Origin: Bacteroidales bacterium
Lineage (GTDB): Bacteria; Bacteroidota; Bacteroidia; Bacteroidales; WCHB1-69
Length of the DNA stretch: 64,000 nucleotides
Direction of reading: 5' to 3'
Assembly: GCA_017443175.1 (NCBI GenBank)
Contig: JAFSOZ010000012.1
Coordinates: 38,921 to 102,920, forward strand
Shown here: in pieces, positions 9,314 to 19,400 of the stretch
How the letters are laid out: each line of letters begins with the position of its first letter
Numbering within the stretch: position 1 is the stretch's first letter
Program-made: the position numbers and the translations under genes
Notes under the pieces: generated by a model
Database searches by the model: none
What the model was told of the DNA's origin: nothing
Seen by the model: the letters and a program-made list of their open reading frames with translations, nothing else

Positions 9314-9480
9314 GATCTGATGGCAGGTTTTCTGACTTGTTCGCCCTCGGAAGTCTTCCCATCGAAACGACAGTGACTTTTTATTGGCTCCTTGGGGTTG
9401 TTTGAACTTACAGCAGCGGGTACTGTGCAGGATTCACACCTGCTTCCCTCTCAAGATTTCCAAAGAAATCTTTCACCATA
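9314..9480 (-). promoter_or_regulatory. cobalamin (B12) riboswitch aptamer
   Basis: The minus strand carries GAGAGGGAAGCAGGUGUGAAUCCUGCACAGUACCCGCUGCUGUAAG, UCACUGUCGUUUCGAUGGGAAGAC and the B12 box AAGUCAGAAAACCUGCC. Order and spacing match the RF00174 core. Confidence 0.85.
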
Positions 9481-9490
9481 AAATCGGGGG

Positions 9491-9498
9491 CAAAGATA
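9491..9498 (-). promoter_or_regulatory. -7 promoter box (TATCTTTG) for the riboswitch transcript
   Basis: The reverse complement of CAAAGATA lies immediately upstream of the aptamer. Confidence 0.5.
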
Positions 9499-9539
9499 CA
9501 TTTTTTATCTCTACATCGGTTAACACGCAATATTATTTG

Positions 9540-9547
9540 TACCTTTG
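9540..9547 (+). promoter_or_regulatory. -7 promoter box (TACCTTTG) for the C69 dipeptidase
   Basis: TAnnTTTG match about 45 nt upstream of the ATG at 9590. Confidence 0.5.
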
Positions 9548-9589
9548 CAACCTGATTCTGAAAATATTCATTATTTAAATACAAAGTCT

Positions 9590-11341
9590 ATGAAAAAATC
9601 ATTTATGCTAACACTGCTCATCGGTCTGCTGTCGCTTGGCACGACCATGGCATGCACCAATTTCATTGTCACAAAAGGGGCCAGCAAGGATGGTTCCTGT
9701 TTCCTGACCTACGCCGCTGATTCGCATCAGCTTTATGGCGAGCTTTACTATCGTCCAGCCAAGGATTATCCCGAAGGAGCCATGATGGATGTCATTGAAT
9801 GGGACACGGGCAAACTGTTGGGTCGGATTCCGCAAGTGCGCCACACCTATTCCGTCATCGGCAACATGAACGAATGGCAGCTGGCCATCGGCGAGACTAC
9901 CTATGGCGGCATCCATGAGTTGGAGCAAGGCCAGGGCATGATTGACTACGGCTCTTTGATTTACATTGCATTGCAGCGTGCCAAAAACGCTCGCGAGGCC
10001 ATCAAGGTGATTGCTGAGCTGATGGACACCTACGGCTACGCCAGCGAAGGCGAGTCTTTCTCCATTGTGGATCCTAACGAAGCTTGGATCATGGAGCTCA
10101 TCGGCAAAGGCGAGAAGATGCTGGATGCCAAGGGCAAGGTGATGAAAGGCTGGAGCAACGGTGCCGTTTGGGTGGCCCGCCGCATTCCGGATGGCTACAT
10201 CAGCGGCCACGCCAACCAGTCTCGTATCACTACTTTCCCGCTTCGCGACGGCAAGACTTCCATCACCAGCAAGGAACTTGACAAAATCTTCTTGCCCGAT
10301 GTGGAGACCGTCTATTCCTACGATGTCATCTCATTTGCCCGCATGAAGGGGCTCTATCCCAGTGATCCCAAAGTTGCCCCTGATGCCGCTTTCAGTTTCT
10401 GCGATGCCTACAACCCTATCACTTTCGACGGTGCCCGCTTTTGCGATGCACGTGTGTGGGCATTCTTCAATCACTGCAACCCCGTAGAAATAGCTAAATA
10501 CGAAGATTATGCCCGTGGCGACAATCTGAGCCATCGTTTCCCTCTGTGGATCAAACCCGCAGATAAGAACAAAATTGACGCACAGTTCATGATGCAGATG
10601 ATGCGCGATCACTATGAGGGCACTTCCATGGACATGACCAACGATCTCGGTGCAGGCCCGTTCAAATGCCCGTACCGCTGGCGTCCGATGACGTGGGAAT
10701 ACAACGGAAAAGGCTACATCCACGAGCGCGCAACTGCCACCCAGCAGACCGGCTTCTCCTTCGTCGCCCAATGTCGCAACTGGCTGCCCAACTGGTTGGG
10801 CGGTATCTTTTGGTTCGGCGTGGACGATGCAGCCAGCACCTGCTATGTGCCCATGTTCTGCGGCATCAATGAGATTCCCAAGGAGTATGCCCAGGGCAAT
10901 GGCTCTATGGTAGAATACTCTGAAACAGCCGCCTTCTGGACCTTCACCAAAGTCAGCAACTTTGTTTACTCACGCTACTGCGACATGATCAAGCATGTGA
11001 ACGAAAAGCAAGCTTATTGGGAAGGGAAATTTGTGAAAGACATTGACAAGATGTCCGAAAAAATGAAAGACCAGTTTGCCAGCAATCCTGACAAAGCCCG
11101 CGCTATGCTCAATGAATACTCTTTGACTGCTGCCAAGATGGTTTGCAAAGAGTGGAACAACCTCTTCATCTACCTGTTGGTGAAATATCATGACGGAAAC
11201 GTAAAGAAAGAGGAGAATGGAAAGTTCAAGGTGTCTGACACTCAAATTCCGCAGAGCGCGTTCCCAGACCAGCCGAAATATCGTGAGGAATGGTACAAGA
11301 TGATTGTGAACGACTGTGGCAAGAACATTGAGGCGAAGTAA
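9590..11341 (+). CDS. C69 family dipeptidase (secreted)
   Basis: The signal peptide ends at the catalytic Cys (TMACTNFIVTKGASKDGS), as expected for peptidase C69. The start was moved to the MKKSF methionine downstream of the promoter box. Confidence 0.85.
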   Translation: MKKSFMLTLLIGLLSLGTTMACTNFIVTKGASKDGSCFLTYAADSHQLYGELYYRPAKDYPEGAMMDVIEWDTGKLLGRIPQVRHTYSVIGNMNEWQLAIGETTYGGIHELEQGQGMIDYGSLIYIALQRAKNAREAIKVIAELMDTYGYASEGESFSIVDPNEAWIMELIGKGEKMLDAKGKVMKGWSNGAVWVARRIPDGYISGHANQSRITTFPLRDGKTSITSKELDKIFLPDVETVYSYDVISFARMKGLYPSDPKVAPDAAFSFCDAYNPITFDGARFCDARVWAFFNHCNPVEIAKYEDYARGDNLSHRFPLWIKPADKNKIDAQFMMQMMRDHYEGTSMDMTNDLGAGPFKCPYRWRPMTWEYNGKGYIHERATATQQTGFSFVAQCRNWLPNWLGGIFWFGVDDAASTCYVPMFCGINEIPKEYAQGNGSMVEYSETAAFWTFTKVSNFVYSRYCDMIKHVNEKQAYWEGKFVKDIDKMSEKMKDQFASNPDKARAMLNEYSLTAAKMVCKEWNNLFIYLLVKYHDGNVKKEENGKFKVSDTQIPQSAFPDQPKYREEWYKMIVNDCGKNIEAK

Positions 11342-11395
11342 GTCATCTTTGTTTTGGAGATTCCGCCGCAAGCGGCGGAATGGTGCTGAACTATA

Positions 11396-11430
11396 ACAAA
11401 AAAGGAGACATCTTGCGATGTCTCCTTTTA
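11396..11430. terminator. bidirectional terminator (C69 dipeptidase / gcvH)
   Basis: AAAAAAGGAGACATC-TTGC-GATGTCTCCTTTT. A second GC hairpin TTCCGCCGCAAGCGGCGGAA lies at 11361..11380. Confidence 0.7.
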
Positions 11431-11450
11431 GTTTGTCACGAGCGTGCTCG

Positions 11451-11828
11451 TTAGCCGATGAGTGCCTGATATGCGGCAGCATCCAGCAAGGTGTCAGCCT
11501 CGGCAGGGTTGGTGACCTTGATCTTCACGATCCAGCCCTCACCGTAAGGATCGCTGTTCACGAGTGCAGGATTGCCCTCGAGTTCGGTGTTGAATTCCAC
11601 CACTTCGCCACCCACAGGAAGCATAAGATCGGATACGGTCTTCACAGCCTCGATGGTGCCGAATACTTCATTTTGCTCCAGCGTCTCACCTTCGGTGGTG
11701 ATGTCGAGGAACACGATGTCACCAAGCTCATTTGCGGCAAATGCAGTAATACCTACGTAAGCAAATTCACCTTCCATTCTCAACCACTCATGGTCGTTGG
11801 AATACTTCAAATTTTCAGGAATATTCAT
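11451..11828 (-). CDS. gcvH: glycine cleavage system protein H
   Basis: 125 aa with the lipoyl-lysine motif EAVKTVSDL and the YSNDHEW N-terminus. Confidence 0.92.
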   Translation of the reverse strand: MNIPENLKYSNDHEWLRMEGEFAYVGITAFAANELGDIVFLDITTEGETLEQNEVFGTIEAVKTVSDLMLPVGGEVVEFNTELEGNPALVNSDPYGEGWIVKIKVTNPAEADTLLDAAAYQALIG

Positions 11829-11857
11829 AATTTTTAAGTTTATAAGTTGATAAAAGA

Positions 11858-12415
11858 TTACACTGTCATAATTTCTTTTTCCTTGGCATCCATGATTTTA
11901 TCGACTTTGGCAATGGCCTCGTCGGTAGCTTTTTGAATGTCCGTTTCCAGCTTCTTGATTTCATCTTCCGGAGTGCCGTCGTCTTTCAGCTTCTTGGCTT
12001 CATCGTTGGCGTTGCGGCGAATGTTGCGGATGGAGACTTTGGTCTGTTCAGCCTCCTGTTTGGCTTTCTTCACCAGTTCTTTGCGACGTTCCTCTGTGGG
12101 GGTGGGCACCACCAGACGGATGAATTCGCCGTTGTTTTGCGGGGTAAGGCCGATGTTGGCAGCCAAGATGGCTTTCTCAATCACGGGCAGCATGTTGCGC
12201 TCCCACGGTTGAATCACAATCTGGTGTGCATCGGGCGTGTTGATGTTGGCCACCTGCTCCACGGGTGTGGGGTTGCCATAGTAGTCCACCTTCAGTCCCT
12301 CCAGCATTTGCGGGGAGGCCTTGCCGGCACGTATTTTCTGTAAATCCTTGTCAAAGAAAGCAACCGTAGAGTTCATGCTGTCTTTGGCATTTTTCAAGCA
12401 GGTTTGTGTATCCAT
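11858..12415 (-). CDS. frr: ribosome recycling factor
   Basis: 185 aa with ...[20 protein letters not shown]...IRNIRR.AND.... Confidence 0.92.
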   Translation of the reverse strand: MDTQTCLKNAKDSMNSTVAFFDKDLQKIRAGKASPQMLEGLKVDYYGNPTPVEQVANINTPDAHQIVIQPWERNMLPVIEKAILAANIGLTPQNNGEFIRLVVPTPTEERRKELVKKAKQEAEQTKVSIRNIRRNANDEAKKLKDDGTPEDEIKKLETDIQKATDEAIAKVDKIMDAKEKEIMTV

Positions 12416-12423
12416 AAGGGGGG

Positions 12424-12464
12424 ATAAAGTTTATAAGGTTTGTAAAGTTTTAAAGTTAAAAGGT
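12424..12464. repeat. 9-nt period array, AT-rich variant (ATAAAGTTT/ATAAGGTTT/GTAAAGTTT)
   Basis: It fills the gap between the stop of the 2TM gene and the frr start. It is G-free on the transcribed (minus) strand. Confidence 0.5.
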
Positions 12465-12857
12465 TTATTCAGCGGTTTGTTGCTGTTTTGTTTCGGCGAT
12501 TTTGGCTTTGATTTTCTCGATTTCCGCCAGTTGTTTGGCGCGCTGTTTTTTGAGTCTGGAGAGTTCTTTCTCGATAAAAGTTCTACTCCACTTGTAAGCT
12601 ATACAATAGTGAAGGATCACGATGAGAAGCCAGACGATGGTTATACAGAGGGACACTTTCAGGATGATGTTGCTGGTGTAGGCATCTGTTACCACGGCAT
12701 CAAAAAGAGTGAACCACAAGGCCCAAATTATCAGATTCAAAACAAGAAATACAGCAATGTGTATCTTGAAAATCACGCGGACTTTGGCTACGTTGATCAT
12801 GCGTGCTTCTTCTTCAGGGGAGATGGTTTCGGGGATGATTTTTTCTTCTTCAGACAT
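12465..12857 (-). CDS. 2TM-domain membrane protein with a C-terminal coiled coil
   Basis: 130 aa with two hydrophobic helices flanked by charged segments. Confidence 0.6.
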   Translation of the reverse strand: MSEEEKIIPETISPEEEARMINVAKVRVIFKIHIAVFLVLNLIIWALWFTLFDAVVTDAYTSNIILKVSLCITIVWLLIVILHYCIAYKWSRTFIEKELSRLKKQRAKQLAEIEKIKAKIAETKQQQTAE

Positions 12858-12914
12858 GATTATTATTTTTCGGGACGTGGAGTCGTCACAATGTGGCGGC
12901 TCTACATTAAATTA

Positions 12915-13619
12915 TTATTGTAACAGAGTGCCGATGGGTTCGCCATGGAGCACTTTCCAAAGATTTCCGGGTTTATTTGCGTCATAGACGTAGATGGGCA
13001 TGTGGTTCTCTTTGCAGAGGGTGAATGCCGTCATATCCATGATTTTGAGGTTTTTCTGATAAGCTTCGTCAAAGGTGAGGTTGGTGTATTTGGTGGCGGT
13101 GGGGTCCTTCTCGGGGTCGGCGGTATAGACGCCGTCCACGCGGGTGCCCTTGAGCAGGAGGTCGGCCTTGATTTCCACAGCGCGGAGTGCCGCGCCGGAG
13201 TCGGTGGTGAAGAAGGGGTTGCCGGTGCCACCGCCGAAGATCACGACCTGGCCGCTTTCGAGTGTCTCCACCGCTTTGCGCCAGGAAATCTTCTCGCTCA
13301 CACCCTCGATGGCGAAGGCGGTGAGCACTTTGGAAGATACACCCAGCTCTTCCAGCACAACCTGCATGGCCATGGCATTGATGATGGTGGCCAGCATGCC
13401 CATCTGGTCGCCTTGTCGGCGGTCGAAGCCTTTGGACGAGCCCTGCACGCCGCGGAAGATGTTTCCGCCGCCTATGACTACGCCCACTTGCACGCCCTGC
13501 GCAACGGCGGACTGGATCTCAGTGGCATAATGATGCACATTCTGGTAGTTGATGCCGTAATGGTCATCGCCCATCAGAGATTCGCCACTGAGTTTGAGAA
13601 GGATTCTGTTGTATTTCAT
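12915..13619 (-). CDS. pyrH: UMP kinase
   Basis: MKYNRILLKLSGESLMG... is the canonical PyrH start. The longer ORF to 13901 overlaps the divergent M16 gene and was rejected. Confidence 0.9.
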   Translation of the reverse strand: MKYNRILLKLSGESLMGDDHYGINYQNVHHYATEIQSAVAQGVQVGVVIGGGNIFRGVQGSSKGFDRRQGDQMGMLATIINAMAMQVVLEELGVSSKVLTAFAIEGVSEKISWRKAVETLESGQVVIFGGGTGNPFFTTDSGAALRAVEIKADLLLKGTRVDGVYTADPEKDPTATKYTNLTFDEAYQKNLKIMDMTAFTLCKENHMPIYVYDANKPGNLWKVLHGEPIGTLLQ

Positions 13620-13674
13620 ATCCAAAAAATTGAGTGCAAAAATACAAAAAACTTTTTTTTTATTTTTGCGCGTC

Positions 13675-14916
13675 ATGCTAAATATACGGAAAAAAACTCT
13701 TTCAAACGGCTTGCGTGTGGTAGTGCACGAAGACCACACCACGCCCTTGGCAGCCTGCAACATCGTGTATAATGTGGGCTCCCGCGATGAACACCCCGAC
13801 CATACCGGCTTCGCACATCTCATGGAACATTTCATGTTCACCGGCTCCAGGAATGTGCCCGATTTTGACAAAGTTTTGCAAAAAGTGGGGGCTATCAACA
13901 ACGCCTACACCTCGCAGGACATCACCCATTACTACGAGGTGTTGCCCGCCAACAATCTGGAAACGGCCCTGTGGATAGAGTCGGACCGGATGCTGGAACT
14001 GGCTTTTCGTCAAGAGTCGTTAGATATCCAAAAACAGGTTGTAATAGAGGAGTTCAAGGAAAATTACCTCAACCGTCCATACGGCGACCTGATGATGCTG
14101 TTCAACCGGATGGCTTACGAGCGGCATCCATACCAGTGGCTGCCCATCGGCAAAAAAACCGAGCATATTGCCGAAGTCAATATGGCGATGATCAAAGATT
14201 TCTATTATCATTTTTACCGCCCGAACAATGCCGTGCTCGTGGTGGCAGGCAATGTGCATTACGATAAGGTTATCGAATTGGTAGAGAAGTGGTTCGGCGA
14301 TATTCCAGCAGGTACTCCGGTTTGCAAAGAGTACCCGCGAGAGTTGCCACAGACGGCGGCACGCATCCAGATAGTGGAGCGGCCCGTGCCCTCCGACGTG
14401 CTGATGAAGGGTTGGCACATGTGCGACCGTATGCATCCCGACTATTATGCCTGCGACCTGCTCTCCGACATGTTCGGAACTGGGCAGTCCTCGTATCTGT
14501 ATGAGCATTTTGTTACGGAGAAGAAACTCTTCACCGATATTTCCGCTTCTATCATGGGCACTACCGATGAAGGCCTGTTTCTCATCAGCGGAAGACCTGT
14601 AGAAGGTGTCTCCATCGAAGACGCGGATGCCGCCTTGTGTTCGTATCTGTATGGTTTCAAGCCTGATAAAAACTTTACGCACGATTTGCAAAAAGTGCAG
14701 AATCGCGCCGAAGCAGTGCTGTTGAACAACGAAATCAAGATTGATGACCGGGCCACCAACATGGCTGTTGGCGAAACCATTTCCAATGTGGAATATTTCC
14801 TTGATGAACGCCAACACTATTTTGACGTGACCGAAGAGCAGATGCTGCGCCTCATCTCGGAAATGCTGACCGAGAACAAAAGCAACACACTGTATTACAA
14901 AATGTTAAAACAATAA
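13675..14916 (+). CDS. M16 family zinc peptidase (insulinase-like)
   Basis: It has the inverted zinc motif HLMEH (HxxEH) and starts at MLNIRKKTLSNGLRVV. Confidence 0.85.
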   Translation: MLNIRKKTLSNGLRVVVHEDHTTPLAACNIVYNVGSRDEHPDHTGFAHLMEHFMFTGSRNVPDFDKVLQKVGAINNAYTSQDITHYYEVLPANNLETALWIESDRMLELAFRQESLDIQKQVVIEEFKENYLNRPYGDLMMLFNRMAYERHPYQWLPIGKKTEHIAEVNMAMIKDFYYHFYRPNNAVLVVAGNVHYDKVIELVEKWFGDIPAGTPVCKEYPRELPQTAARIQIVERPVPSDVLMKGWHMCDRMHPDYYACDLLSDMFGTGQSSYLYEHFVTEKKLFTDISASIMGTTDEGLFLISGRPVEGVSIEDADAALCSYLYGFKPDKNFTHDLQKVQNRAEAVLLNNEIKIDDRATNMAVGETISNVEYFLDERQHYFDVTEEQMLRLISEMLTENKSNTLYYKMLKQ

Positions 14917-14917
14917 C

Positions 14918-15514
14918 TTATTTCTGCTGTGCTGCTTTCCAAGCATAATATTCCTCGCGAAGGAGACTGTAAATCACCACATCCTTGAATTTTCCCTGGT
15001 GAAAATAATGCTGTTTAAGGCGTCCTTCTTCTTTGAATCCCATCTTCTTCAACAAAGCAATGATACTCTCGTTGTCGGGAAATACATCATTGGTTATTTT
15101 ATTGAGGTTCAATGTATTAAAACCATAGTCAATGAGCATGACGGAGGCTTCGAAAGCCAGTCCGAGCCCTTGGTATTGCTTGGGGATGCGCAATGTTTTC
15201 CACGTAGCCCGCTGATGACGCATATTGAAATCATAGAGTCCCACCGCACCCAACAGTACCGGTTTCTCATTCGGTTTTTCCTTGTAGAAAATAGACAATG
15301 CCACATCCCCATTGCGGCAGATTTTCTCGTACCACTGCTGCTGGTTGTAGGAAGAGATGGGATTATGGATGATATAATCGGTAAGATCGGCGTCCCAGCG
15401 TTGTTCCATCAAATAGGGAAGATCTTCCGGCTCTACGGGTTTCAAAATAATGCGTTCGCTTTCTAATATTCTCATAATCTGTTTATTATTCAATAGTTTT
15501 TTGATATATTTCAT
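14918..15514 (-). CDS. GNAT family N-acetyltransferase (RimJ/RimL-like)
   Basis: It shows the acetyl-CoA binding pattern QYQGLGLAFEA. An alternative start at 15475 (MRILESERIILKPV) would remove the overlap with the upstream gene. Confidence 0.75.
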   Translation of the reverse strand: MKYIKKLLNNKQIMRILESERIILKPVEPEDLPYLMEQRWDADLTDYIIHNPISSYNQQQWYEKICRNGDVALSIFYKEKPNEKPVLLGAVGLYDFNMRHQRATWKTLRIPKQYQGLGLAFEASVMLIDYGFNTLNLNKITNDVFPDNESIIALLKKMGFKEEGRLKQHYFHQGKFKDVVIYSLLREEYYAWKAAQQK

Positions 15515-16307
15515 CCAAGGACAAAATGGGTGCTTGGATTTTCTGTGCCAAGTTGATAATTTCCATCACCAAATCAAAGGCGCCTTTTTCTCTGTTTTTT
15601 TTCTGTTCGATCATCTCGCTGCTGATGTTGTTGAACTCCTCTCGCGAAAGAGAATCCTTGATTTGCCGCATCCAGGCGATGTAAGGGGTGTTGAAAGCCA
15701 TATTGACGGGATGGAAACTGATAACTTTCAAGCCTGGAGAGGTAAAATGTTTTAGATAGGGTTGGATGGACAAACCGAGTTGGTTATATAGGAAACTGCC
15801 CTCTTCAAAGAAGACGGGTATTTGCAACAGTTTGGATTCCAGCCAGTAAGGGGTGATTCTTTGCGTCAGTGTCGTGATTGTATTGGAGCAGCACTTGAAA
15901 TGGAATTCGTTCTTGAGCATGTGAGCAGTATCCGTCACATCAAAGGCGCGGTGCGAACGCGTGCAGGTGGCCTCCGGAGCGAACGACACGCAAGTTTCAA
16001 TCACTTCACGGAAGGAGTTGCCGTGCGAGGAGCCGGGGAGAAAATTGGGGTGAATACCGCGTGAAATACGGCCTTTCTCGAAATTCTCGCGGATGATTTG
16101 AGAATCGTGGGTAACAAAAGTAGTGAGTTTGAGCAGGTCTAACGGCAGTTTGCGGAAATAATCCTCAATGACATCCTCCGAAGCCCAGTCTATATCCGAA
16201 GTGAAGCAGAAAACCGGTTGGTCATCCCACAAATGCGGTCCGGCGATCTTGTCCACCAAAGCGGCCATCTCATTATCTATATCAGGTTGGAACATATTAA
16301 AAATCAA
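15486..16307 (-). CDS. polysaccharide deacetylase-like protein (WbmS-like, tentative)
   Basis: 273 aa with FTSDIDWASE and a HPNF...H pattern. The family was recalled from memory. Confidence 0.5.
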   Translation of the reverse strand: MIFNMFQPDIDNEMAALVDKIAGPHLWDDQPVFCFTSDIDWASEDVIEDYFRKLPLDLLKLTTFVTHDSQIIRENFEKGRISRGIHPNFLPGSSHGNSFREVIETCVSFAPEATCTRSHRAFDVTDTAHMLKNEFHFKCCSNTITTLTQRITPYWLESKLLQIPVFFEEGSFLYNQLGLSIQPYLKHFTSPGLKVISFHPVNMAFNTPYIAWMRQIKDSLSREEFNNISSEMIEQKKNREKGAFDLVMEIINLAQKIQAPILSLDEIYQKTIE

Positions 16308-16487
16308 TCAAATAGAAAGACAGGAATGATGCTACAAAAATACACTTTTATTCATATCTTTTAATAATTCTTTTCTTCCACATTTTTTGTAACTTTGCAC
16401 GCTTTTTGAAAAACACGGGGAAAGATATCGTTACAGCATACAAATCATTTTTATATATCTAATTCACAACAACTTAATTATAATTTT

Positions 16488-19400
16488 ATGGCAGAAAAAA
16501 AATTTATGACATGCGACGGTAACTGCGCGGCTGCGCACGTGGCCTACATGTTCAGCGAAGTCGCCGCTATCTATCCTATCACGCCCTCTTCCCCGATGGC
16601 TGAGTACATCGACGAGTGGAGCGCTGGCGGCAGAAAAAACATCTTCGGTGAGACCGTCAAAGTGGTCGAGATGCAATCCGAGGCCGGTGCCGCTGGTGCC
16701 GTTCACGGTTCTTTGCAGGCCGGTGCTTTGACCACCACCTACACCGCTTCTCAGGGCCTCCTGCTCATGATCCCCAACATGTACAAGATTGCTGGTGAGT
16801 TACTTCCTGGCGTATTCCACGTGTCGGCTCGTGCATTGGCAGCTCAGGCTTTGTCTATCTTCGGCGACCACGCCGACGTGATGAGCGCCCGTCAGACCGG
16901 TTTCGCCATGCTGGCTACCGGTTCTGTGCAAGAGATCATGGACCTCGCTCCTGTGGCCCACCTGGCCGCTATCGAGGGTCGCGTTCCTTTCTTGCACTTC
17001 TTCGACGGTTTCCGCACCTCTCACGAAATCCAGAAAGTAGAAGCTGCTGATCAAAGCAAAATCGAGAAATTGGTCAACTGGAAAGCCCTCAAGGAGTATC
17101 GCGACCGTGCCCTGAATCCGGAACACCCCGTGACCCGCGGCACCGCTCAGAACCCCGACATCTACTTCCAGACCAGAGAGTTACAGAACAAATACTACGA
17201 TGCTCTTCCCGACATCGTGGCGAAATATATGAAGAAACTGAGCAAGATCACGGGTCGTGAATATGCTCCGTTCACCTTCTACGGTGCTCCCGATGCTACC
17301 GATGTTATCGTCGCTATGGGCTCCATCACCGACGTCATCAAGACAGTCATCGACAAGGAGAACAAAGCCGGCAAGAAGCTCGGTCTCGTCAGCGTTCACC
17401 TCTATCGTCCCTTCAGCGTGAAGTACTTCGGTGCTGTCCTTCCTGAAACAGTGAAGCGCATCTGCGTCCTTGACCGCACGAAAGAACCCGGTGCAAACGG
17501 CGATCCGCTGTATCTGGATGTGGTTGAAGCATTCGCCAACTGCAAAGACATCCCGGCCGAGAACAAACCGATGATCATCGGCGGTCGTTTCGGTCTCTCC
17601 TCCAAGGACACCACTCCTGCTCAGGTGCTGGCTATCTACAAGAACCTCGCTGCTCCCAAGCCGATGAACCAATTCACCGTTGGTATCAACGACGATGTGA
17701 CGCACCGTTCTCTCAAGGTTGGTAAGGAAATCTCCATCCTTCCTAAGGGCACGTTCGAAGCCAAGTTCTACGGCCTCGGTGCTGACGGTACCGTGGGTGC
17801 TAACAAGAACTCCATCAAGATTATTGGTGACAACACCAACAAATACAGCCAGGCTTATTTCGACTATGACTCTAAGAAGTCAGGCGGTTACACCTGCTCT
17901 CACCTCCGTTTCGGTGACCAACCCATCTTGGCTCCTTACCTCGTGGGTACGCCCGATTTCGTGGCCGTTCACGTTCCTTCTTATTTGAAGAAATATGACT
18001 GTCTGCGCGGTTTGAAGAAGAACGGTACGTTCCTCTACAACTCTCCGTGGACCGTGGCCGAGACCAAGAAACATCTTCCTGATTTCGTGAAGAAATACTT
18101 GGCCCTCAACAACATCAACATGTACATCATCGACGCTACGAAGATCGCTGCTGAGATCGGTTTGGGCAACCGTACCAACACCATCCTGCAATCCGCATTC
18201 TTCAAGATTTCCGGCGTCATTCCTTACGACCTCGCTGTGGAGCAGATGAAGAAATTCATCGTGAAGTCTTACGGCAAGAAGGGTGAGGATATCGTGAACA
18301 TGAACTATGCAGCGGTTGACCGCGGCGGTGAAATCACCAAGGTTGACATCCCCGCTGAATGGGCTAAGCTGGATTGCACCACGGACTTCGTGTTCGAGAG
18401 CAACCCCAACGATCCCGAGTTCATCAACAAGGTGATGCGTCCGATGGTGGCACAGTGCGGTAACGACCTGCCCGTCAGTGCCTTCAAGGAAATCGTAGAT
18501 GGTACATTCCCGGCTGGTACCACCGCTTACGAGAAACGCGGTGTCGCTACCGTGGTTCCGGAATGGGATCCCACCAAGTGTATCCAATGTAACCAATGTT
18601 CTCTCGTTTGTCCTCACGCTGCTATTCGTCCTGTGGTGATGACCGACGCTGAGATGAAGAAAGCGCCTAAGGGCATGGCTGCTATCGACATCAAGGCTCC
18701 GAAGGAACTCGCCGGTATGCACTTCCGTATGCAGGTTTCCGTCATGGACTGCACCGGTTGCGGCAACTGCGCCGATGTTTGTCCTGCCAAGGAGAAGGCC
18801 CTGAAGATGAAACCGTTCGAGAGCCAGCTCGGCGAAGCCAAGAACTGGGAGTATGGTCAGAAGAAGGTTACCTACAAGGACAACCTCATCGACAAATATG
18901 CTAACGTCAAGAACAGCCAGTTCGCACAGCCTCTGTTCGAGTTCAGCGGCGCTTGTGCCGGTTGTGGTGAAACTCCGTACATCAAGACCATCACGCAACT
19001 CTTCGGCGAGAGAATGATCGTGGCCAACGCTACGGGTTGTTCCTCCATCTACGGTGGTTCCGCTCCCGCTACTCCGTACTGCAAGAACTGCAGAAGCGGC
19101 AAGGGTGTAGCATGGGCCAACAGCTTGTTCGAGGACAACGCCGAGTTCGGTCTCGGTATGGCTACCGCTACCCGCCAGATGCGCGACCGCGTGGAGCGTA
19201 TCATGAAGGAAGCCATCGCCAACTGCGATTGCTGCGACAAGAAACTCAAAGATCTCTTCCAACAGTGGATCGACAACCGTGAGTGCGGTATCACCACTGC
19301 CGAGCTGGCCGACAAGATCGTTGCCGCTTGCGAGAAATGCGGTTGCGACTACTGCAAACAGATCGTTGACCTGAAAGACCACTTGGTGAAGAAGAGCCAG

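Noticed and set aside
9124-9362. Short ORFs (63 aa on each strand) in the 9171..9540 intergenic region.
   Set aside because: The region is fully explained by the cobalamin riboswitch and its terminator.
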